NCBI RefSeq assembly: GCF_001194135.2
Contig: NC_068981.1
Coordinates: forward strand, 14,009,634-14,073,633
Direction of reading: 5' to 3'
Source: Octopus bimaculoides
Taxonomy: Eukaryota
Length of the DNA: 64,000 nt
Position numbers and translations under genes: made by a program. Shown one piece after another: positions 54,474 through 64,000 of this stretch (its first letter is position 1; each line of letters starts with the position of its first letter). Below the pieces are notes generated by a model. The model did no database searches and was not told the origin of the DNA. It saw only the letters and a program-made list of their open reading frames with translations.

Positions 54474-57400
54474 NNNNNNNNNNNNNNNNNNNNNNNNNNN
54501 NNNNNNNNNNNNNTATATATATACATATATATAACATTGCACAGTTGTGCTCCATATCTCATATTTACAGCTTCGTCTCACAAATGGGATTACTCTGTGT
54601 TTAGAGTCGTTGTCATTACACCAACAGGCATAGTATGCTACCGCAGTTATGTATTGATCGAAAGCTTATTCTGTAATTCTTACCATAGATTTATTAGTTC
54701 ATTCTGTCGGTTGAACTCTGGAAGCCAACATCTGTGATCTTATAATGGACAGAACAGCAGAAATAAAATGTTCGTCATCATCTTACACGTGGGGATTGAT
54801 TAGGAAGAGGTCCCATCAACTACGCATAAATATAACATAATATTGCTTGACATTCACAAATAAAATATGGGTTTATGAATACATAACATCTGCTTGAATA
54901 CTAAATAAGGAACTCAATGGAAGCTGATGGATGTATTTCGTGGGCTATAAAGAGACGAAATATTTAATACGAATTTAATGTTACACCAACGAGTTGGTAG
55001 AAATGTGGCATCACTTGACGGAGTGGTTTATGTTATTTAGCCTGATGTTTCCATTTTGGGTTTTCATTTATCTCAGACCGCTAGTAGATCCTCAATGTGT
55101 GCATAATTAATTAGATGCTTACCATTAATATGCTGAATTCATTTCCGACTACATTTCACTTTTGTCTAACTATAAATCTAATTCAATCATCATATATATT
55201 CATGCTACAACATTTATAGCTATATCAGTGATATTTAATAAATTATATAATTGTGTTCGAAATTGGCTATAAAAACCAAATTTGTTTGGAACATTTTAGC
55301 ACATATTTTGACTGCGTTTACTATTCAATTTTCATTTTTTATATAAAGTCGCTACGTTCACCATAATATATTAGCCTATTTATTTTTTCGCACATAGGCA
55401 GTAATGGTAATGAGTATATGATATTATGACTACTACAAGGATGTATGTAGTGGAACATACGTGAAAATCTGCCAAGTTAAGCACTCAATTTACTGGAAAT
55501 TTACTGGTAAAAAAGTAAATTTTGTTGTGTTTTAAATTAATTCCAGATAAGTGATTTACCATATATCAACGATAAATCGACCAGATGTCAGTGTGTTACT
55601 TGGTCTTCTATTATCTTTCCCATTATGATTTGACCTCATGCTACGGAATAATTCAGCAGATGTATTTTCGTTTCCACTACAATGATCTGTTCATTCGGTC
55701 AATCCTAATATATCTGATATCACTAACACAATATGAAACACGAGTTAATAATGTAAAATAACCATCATCCAAATAAAAGTATAACTAATCATATTTATTC
55801 CTCTAATGGACAGTGAATCGAAGAATATTTGAAATTCCAACTGAAGAGATTGAAACGGAGGATGTCTTATTTCCGCCAATATTCATACTCTTTATATAAT
55901 CTCCATCTGAATATTTCTCCTTCAGTCATTTGTTTTTCAATGAACGTCTGATACTCTTTGAACATTACTAATGCCGGATATGAAGTCAGGTGTTGAGTGG
56001 TTCACATTTCGACCTATCATGTTTCTGATATAAAGTAAGAAGTTCCTATTTTGCCAGGTAATTGATAAAATTGTGTTAAATTAAATTTTCTAAAGCCATT
56101 GAGAATTTTGTAATTCAAAGGAAAGCAAGTGATTAAAATAGTGGAAGTTTTGCATTTTACTATTTCACTTTCTATCAATCTTACAATCTCTAAAACAATA
56201 TTCGATAGAGTTTTAGTGTTTTTCTTCGTGTGAGCTTAAGGAATTTCAATTAATGATCTGATGTGGAAATACTTGGGAAGCAATAAATAATAAGTGAAGT
56301 AAATTATATGAATAAATACACGTTAAAATCTACACGGATTGATTTTAGCGATAGTAAATTTACTGTAGGAAATAAACTTCTTCAATACTTTCACACCTGA
56401 CAAATGCTTGTGCTATGGATTTCACTGTGTCATATGTTGACTTTTTTTAGAGAGGGAGATAACAAGCTTAAGCATTTTCTCGATAATTAAAATCAGATTA
56501 AAATAAACATTTATCATTCATTCACTGTTCATTCATTCTAAATTACACTGTCATAATGAGGATATTTAACCACATCAAATCTGATTTGCAAATATTTCAG
56601 TTTTTCTCAAGGCTGCACCAGTTTATAACATCTAAAAATATCTGAGATGAAATGTTTCTAACCAATTTAACTTTAATGAATTGCCGTTACACCAAAGGAA
56701 ATTTACAGCATTTTTTTTCATTCTATTATTCACTATGAAAGGGAGATGTGATTCTTCCAATAATGTATAGATTGTGATAAAGTGAGATTAAAAAGACAGA
56801 TTAGCTGTTTTGATCAGGAGGAAAATTTATGATTGAAGGATTCAAATCTTTGTAACCGTGAGTTGAAACGATCCACAAAGTTATATAATACAGCTTCAAG
56901 AACGTCAGACAAATTTCTTGGGTAAAAATTCTGCTAAAATAACTGTAACTGTTAAATTAGATCAAAAGATTATAGCATGCACTCAGAAAATACCGTTTTG
57001 CCTTTTATACTTTTCGGTTCGATAAAAAAAAGTACCAATCCAAGAAGATGGATTAGCAGAAGATTAAAACCTCCTCCTGCTATGAGTTGCTTTAACAAAG
57101 TCCTCTCTGCTGCTAGCATTTCTGGTAAGTCTACGATTTCAGTATGGCTTCCTTCCTATTTCCTTCCCTCCTTCACTCTCACCATTCTTAAATTCCTTGA
57201 ATTTGACCATAACTAGTGTCTATCTTCTTAACTTACACAGGCCGAAAAAATATGAGATAATATTTGTATACAGGGCATACTAAAAAGGGGAAAATTAGGC
57301 CATCATTTTCATTAAATCATCTGTACTTTTATCAGTTTTACGTTTGATGCGTAGATAGCATGAATTCGTGATTCGTATCTTAAGCATGGTTCTCCCCGCC

Positions 57401-58609
57401 ATACGCGTATATAAATAAGAAGAAAAAGACAAATGTTTTAAAAACTTTATCATAAAAGGGAGAAATTATTATATTTTATCATAAGACGCTACTGGTTTCT
57501 ATTGTTAAAACAGTTTTAATCATGTTAAACCGAAGGGTAAATGAACCAAATTAAACTTACATAGTTACAGTTGTAAAATACGTACACATGATGTCCATAC
57601 TAAACTCTCACAGCTTCAACTTCTCGCTTCCAATGACAGTTGAAGGCATATATATTGTTAAATACGTTATTATTATTAGAAAAATAATAATAATGTATAT
57701 GACTTCATATATTTGTCTTGCATTAACGTCTGTTGTTCGCTATATCAGAAATCTACAATGGCTCCATATCTACCGTTTCGGTTATAATCTTGGAGCCCTG
57801 GTAATCCGTTACAGCATTTATCTAGCGTACCTAGTCGTTTAGATCACCTGTGAACTAAACCCCCATATGTTANNNNNNNNNNNNNNNNNNNNNNNNNNNN
57901 NNNNNNNNNNNNNNNNNNNNNNNNNNNNNNNNNNNNNNNNNNNNNNNNNNNNNNNNNNNNNNNNNNNNNNNNNNNNNNNNNNNNNNNNNNNNNNNNNNNN
58001 NNNNNNNNNNNNNNNNNNNNNNNNNNNNNNNNNNNNNNNNNNNNNNNNNNNNNNNNNNNNNNNNNNNNNNNNNNNNNNNNNNNNNNNNNNNNNNNNNNNN
58101 NNNNNNNNNNNNNNNNNNNNNNNNNNNNNNNNNNNNNNNNNNNNNNNNNNNNNNNNNATATATATATATATATATATATAATGTGTGTGTGCATGTATGA
58201 ATATGTGTGCGTAAGTGGAATGAGAGGGGAGCATAAATAGTTATGACTAATCGTATTTAGAACGATATCGACAGATATCGCTATGCATGAGATATTACAT
58301 TGTTCACAATTACATACAATCACATGCGTTGTTGCGCATAGAAATGTGCTTCATTATGAAATATATATATATTTTTAATAAGGTACCCAAGGGAGGAAAA
58401 GTAATGCTTACTCCATTTTGGTTACAGCAGACTGAACAGTATTAATTAACTAGCATACATAGATAGCGTGTTTGTGAAGTAGAGAAATATAACTTCACTG
58501 TACAAAGACCCACTTCTAAAACCCACAAGCTGTCTAGAAAAAATAAAATGAAGAACAGCTCTAGTAGTTATATCTGGTCAAGACGAGAAATCATCGGCAT
58601 GTCGTTCGT

Positions 58610-58726
58610 TCTTCAGAGAGACAAAGAGAGAGTGAGAGAGTGTAAGAGAAATAGAGACTGTGTGGAAGAAAGAGGCAGAGAGTGGAAGAGAGAGAGGAAG
58701 TGGAAGAGAGAGAGGAAGTGGAAGAG

Positions 58727-58768
<42 letters not shown>

Positions 58769-58870
58769 CAAGAGACTGGGAGAGAAATAGAGAGCAAGAG
58801 AGTGGAAGAGAGAGAGAGAGAAAGCGAGAGAGTGAAAGAGAAAGGGAGAGAAAGAGAGAAAGAGATTGGT
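58610..58870. repeat. Polypurine (GA)-rich low-complexity tract with GTGGAAGAGAGAGAGGAA units
   Basis: Seen directly; almost entirely purine on the + strand. Confidence 0.9.
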
Positions 58871-59160
58871 GAGGGGAACATTGAAATACAATTATACAGT
58901 ATATGACTAAATTTTGTTAATTAAGATGTGTCTTCATCGAAGGTATTGTTATGCAAATTACTAAAATAATGTCTGATATACATCGCATATATTAAGTACC
59001 TCATAGGTAATTGCAAGTTTGTGTGTCTCTCTTGAGAACAAATGAAGTAAACAGTCCGCCTGAATGTCTAACAGTTAATGAAGATAATTATCTGGATATT
59101 AATCTTGTGTGAATTTATTTAGGTTTTCACACGTATATATATATATATATATATATGTAA

Positions 59161-59195
<35 letters not shown>

Positions 59196-60198
59196 CTCTT
59201 ACACATTACACACATTATTGTTTGATCTTAATTTAAAGTTATATATGAAAACAGTTGAGTCTTAAATTGAAGGACAACTCAACAGATTTATTACTGTAAA
59301 TAACTTTCTTATATAAATGTTAGAAAAATGTTGAAAATGACTTTAAAATTTCGGTTTCCTAGCTATCATGAGACATTCTCATGATGGATAATAAGCTAAG
59401 AATTTTGGAAATAGTTACGAAAGGAAAATAGTTACGAAAGGAAAATGGTACGGTTTTTGACACGACCACACATCACTCAAACTCCCACTTTTGAAAATCC
59501 TACCTATGTAAAGGCGGCTAAGTGTTTTACGATTAATAAATCTTAAATACTATGAGTACATTTTCAACTTATTTTATTACTTTCATACAACTACTTGCAT
59601 GGATTAACAACTCTACCTACCTACCTACCTATCTAAACCCACCCACCCATCCATCCATCTATCCATCCATCCATCCATCCATATACATTACGTTTCAAAT
59701 TAATACCGACACAGCGAGTCTATATGTGTGTGTATCCTTACTTTTAAATGTATAATCTAGGAATTAAATACAAAATACAAGTAAATAAAGCAATGTATAT
59801 ATATATATATGTGCATACCCACACGTACACACTACCACAATATATATTTGATTGTCTGAAACTCTTCATATTAATATTGATGTTTCACGATTACGATGAA
59901 AAGTAATTTTTTAAAATCTTCATATTGAGTACAAGTGTTCCTGTGCCGTCTTTAATCACGCCAAAAATGTTTATCTTAATTAAATTTAATTAAATTATTT
60001 ACAAAATGAGGTGCAAATAAATAAGATTTGTCAATGATCACTGAAAAACGCCGGAAAACCAGGAAATTGATGTCTGTTAAAAATAAAGACAATATTGTTA
60101 TCTGTAAATGATGAATGTTATGTCCGGATGAATAACGCTTCTGGTTTCTTAAAATTATTTAGAATATTTTCATATATATTCAAGACTGGCAACTACAT

Positions 60199-60231
<33 letters not shown>

Positions 60232-60519
60232 NNNNNNNNNNNNNNNNNNNNNNNNNNNNNNNNNNNNNNNNNNNNNNNNNNNNNNNNNNNNNNNNNNNNN
60301 NNNNNNNNNNNNNNNNNNNNNNNNNNNNNNNNNNNNNNNNNNNNNNNNNNNNNATATATATATATATATATATATAAACACACACACAAACATTCACATA
60401 CACACACACACAAACTAAAGCAGTATGCATTAAAAAATATATTCAAGTTTTCCAAGTGCACACATACAAACACGTACATGCATATATACACACATTTAAA
60501 TAATGCAGACCTCTAATAG

Positions 60520-60830
60520 AATGGATCCTACGAACCTTTGTGATAAGAAACCGGTGGTTATGCTGACTCTATGGAAAGCCTTACTTCTGAGCAGATTAGT
60601 TTAATATTCACTCCTTCGGTCTACAAATTCATCCAGTCTCATACAGACTGGTGGAGCTACAAACAATGATATCAGTAAAATAACTTCGGTTAAAAGCCTT
60701 AATTACTGGGAATGTCTGAAAGTTCTGCGTCTCTACTCGCTTGAATATCGAGGAGAGAGATGTACTATCATTTGCGTATGGAAAATTCTGTAGGGGCATG
60801 TTCCAACCTTCGGTAATAGACAGATTATAA
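60520..60830 (+). mobile_element. Decayed CR1-type LINE ORF2 fragment
   Basis: MLTLWKALLLSRL..YS...KITSVKSLNYWECLKVLRLYSLEYRGERCTIICVWKIL*GHVPTFG resembles ML.L.K.LV.S.L.Y...LNYWERLK.L.LYSLE.RRERY.IIY.WKIL.G.VPN. Confidence 0.75.
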
Positions 60831-61240
60831 GGCTGTCAGATTCTAAACATACCACTTTTGAAACCATGAACAAGAGCGTTTCATTGTACCAGTCTGATAT
60901 TTAGCGATCTTCAATTTTTCAACTGCTTGCTTATGAAATAAGAAATATAAAAATGAATTCTACTGAAACCATGAATATGAAAGTATAGGATAAATTCCTA
61001 ATGATGGTACCGGACTAGCCAAGCATTCAACGATACATTCAGGGAAAATCAGCCCCTAAAAACTCATAATGCGACAACAGAACCGAAAGAAGATGAATTA
61101 AGGCAGTGCTTATGCATGTCCGCAGTCCTACGATTACAACCATTACAAGAATAAAAGAATATATATATGTATATATATATATGTTTGTGTATATGTACGC
61201 ATATTCATACATATGTATATAAAATATACTTGCATACACT

Positions 61241-61272
<32 letters not shown>

Positions 61273-63134
61273 AATGTATATACTGTATACACATATGGAA
61301 ATGTGTAAAATTCTTAATTTAGATTATATATGCACCCAGAAAAAATAAAACGACCAATTCATCACAATTCGGACTAACTTCAAATGAATTTTTCAAAAGT
61401 GAAAGAAAAATGTCTGATTTTCTTGAAGACAAGAGGACATTCGTTGGCATGTGTTTCAGCCGCAACAGAGGTCATCAAAACAGCAGATCGAGACATACAG
61501 GCATTGACAGAAAATGTGCAACATATCTACGTCCTAATTAATAAAGCGAGATGAGAGAAATAACTCTGTATGACCAACAGTGTGTAATGGAAAAACACAG
61601 GCGCATATTCATATATGAGTATGTGTGTGTGCGTGTATGTGTGCGTTTCTGTGAGTGTGTAATTACTCTTAGAAATATGTGTAATTCAGAGATCACTCTC
61701 AGTTATGTATAGAGAAAAAAGACACCGAGTATAGGTAAATAGAACATGCAGTGAGGACTTTTAACTTTACATAAAAGATTTTAGCTGATTCATAAATTAT
61801 ATGTACTATCAGCTACATTTACATAAAGAAAAACACGCGCGTGCGTACACAAACATTTATGTATATGCAAACAACACTGCAGGCGAAGAAAACATGAAAA
61901 TACAGACATGCATATTAATTAATAACATACGGATATACAGTTGTATGAAGAAATTGATATTCGTATACATGAGAATGTGCGCGCGCACACACACACACAC
62001 ATGCACACACACATACACACACACATACACACACAAATATATATATACACGTAGAGATGTATTATGCATTTGTTCGCAAAAAACATAAGTACTTTTCTTT
62101 ACATTTTACATGGCTAACTTATATATATATATATATATATATCTTATAGTCATGTGGCATACACGGCACACACATTTTATGCAAAGTCATGTGTTACACG
62201 AATATATTCATAAAAAAATTCTAAACACCTTATTCGTTGTGCCTATTGAATATACATATTCAAATTTTCTATATAAACAGATATTGAAAATTATTTCGGA
62301 CGTGTTTATTCAATATATCTCCTGGCAAGTCAAATTATTTATAAGAACATTTTTAAAAATTCACAAATTCTGTTATTTCGCACATTCTGCGGTTTCTCAT
62401 TATACACAAACATATTCAAAATTTGCGAAAACGCTTTGATTTACATTAAATATATAAGTACACAATAACAATTTCTTTTATTGTAGTTTTATAGAACTAT
62501 ATGCCATCATAACAAGGATTGTTTGTGGTACCGTAAAGTAACAGAGTATTACAAAAATTTGTAATGACCTAAAGACAACATTTAACAGCCAATAATTTAA
62601 TTACGGTATTGTAAAAAAAAAAAGCAAACTCACAAACAGTTATTGATGTGTTGATATGAATATATTAATGCAAATACAGTGGGGAATATAAAATATGTAT
62701 TTACAAGGAGTTAAATGAAAACGAAACGACATTATTTTCAGGGCAGTTTAAATTCTTCCACAATGAATAACATATTTGAATTTTAAGCAGTTCACAAATA
62801 ATTGTGTATATACATATATAAATTTTCTACTTAGACACTATCAATAAGGGAATCATGAAGTGTCGCTTCAGATTTGTACTTATATACAAAGTCATCTCGA
62901 AAATGACATGAACATGCATTACTTTCACATATACAAGCATATATGTCTAGATGTACATCATGTTTTGTCGAATGTTTCCTGTCGCATATTTAATAATGTA
63001 TATAATTCTTTCGTCTTTTTTTTATCATTTCCCTTCATATATAAGTTTTGTTTTCAGTTATCTTTTTTAATAATTTCCTGTGTCTTGTATTTGCACCATT
63101 CTTTCTCATCTAAATAGTTTGTAAAAATCTATGT

Positions 63135-63949
63135 AGGTAGATGTCTGACGGACAAGGTCTCGAGAAAATGGTCTTGTTATAAAAGACATTTTAAACTTTT
63201 AGAACAATTCCACCAAAAATGCCTTCATCTCATTTAAAAAATTAAATGGAGTTTTTTTAGCCCAACCACAGATGTCCTTGCTTCTGCAGACATCACCTCA
63301 ATTAAAGCTATGATCTTGAGGAACCAATTGAGATGGTGTGGCCACATTGTTCGAATGGTAGGTAAAAGCATGCCGAAATGGTTGTTTTATGGTGAGCTTG
63401 CAGGGTGGAAACGCTATCAGCGTAATCCTAAAAAAAAAAGGTTTAAGGACGACATAAGGACTACTATGAAGTCACTTGTAATGGTCCTAGAAGATATAGA
63501 AACCCTTGCTTCGGTTCGAGTTGGATAGCGAACAGGTGTGGAGTGGAGTAAAAACATTTGAAGAGGCCAGGATAACGCAAGTAAGACTCAAAAGAGATCC
63601 AAAGCAGAATGTAACGATCGAGAAGTTGAATGACAAGTTGAATGTCACAGTCTCTGACAGACCATGCCTGTCTTTGACTAGCCTCAAATCTCATCTGCGA
63701 ACGCATGGAAAACGAACCTCCACCAACTATTCTGACTATATGTCTGTGCACACCTTTGAATGCAGTGTATGCCAGAAGGTATGGAAATAAAACGGAGGCC
63801 TCAAAAGACATGTTAAGATCCACAAAGAGCAGAACTTATCTGCAGGTTTTGGTGATCCAAATCAGAGGTGCAATCTACGTGGGTGTCTTTTCAGAATATT
63901 GTCTGGTTTAAAAAGCCACACCAGACGCCATGATGGTGCTAAGGTATAG
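63135..63949 (+). mobile_element. 3' part of an RTE-clade LINE ORF with C-terminal C2H2 zinc fingers (pseudogenized)
   Basis: WSCYKRHFKLLEQFHQKCL...IKAMILRNQLRWCGHIVRM...MPKWLFYGEL..KR....KKRFKD, then RPCLSLTSLKSHLRTH, FECSVCQKVWK*NGGLKRHVKIH and CNLRGCLFRILSGLKSHTRRH; stop at 63947-63949. Confidence 0.85.
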
Positions 63950-64000
63950 GTACAGGAGGTGGTCAAAAACTGTATAAGGAGTAGACAACCACCATATATA

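Noticed and set aside
55835-55872. CTGAAGA-gatt-GAAAC motif
   Set aside because: There is no room for stem II, and stem I is only 2 bp.

Overview
AT-rich, microsatellite-dense animal genomic DNA with nine N-gaps (2,194 nt in total). The repeat families look like those of octopus/coleoid cephalopods; this is an inference from recalled SINE sequences and was not checked against a database. The only host coding sequence I can support is one 249-nt minus-strand exon (18163-18411) encoding part of the amino-terminal domain of an AMPA-type ionotropic glutamate receptor, so most of the window is probably very large intron. The rest is decayed transposons: tRNA-derived SINEs, CR1/L2-, RTE- and RLE-type LINE fragments, three mariner relics, a possible Helitron, and a degenerate Penelope-like element (PLE) with RT and GIY-YIG remnants. 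The most striking observation is a set of minimal type I hammerhead-ribozyme (HHR) motifs. Three unrelated elements, at about 7.2, 44.5 and 51.5 kb, are long inverted repeats with arms of 149-234 bp and an outward-facing HHR motif in each arm; one also carries a tRNA-type Pol III head. Further single or decayed HHR motifs lie at about 29.85, 37.6 (inside the PLE relic) and 57.8 kb. All folds are by eye and no activity is demonstrated. Most ORFs in the supplied track are microsatellite or gap artefacts.
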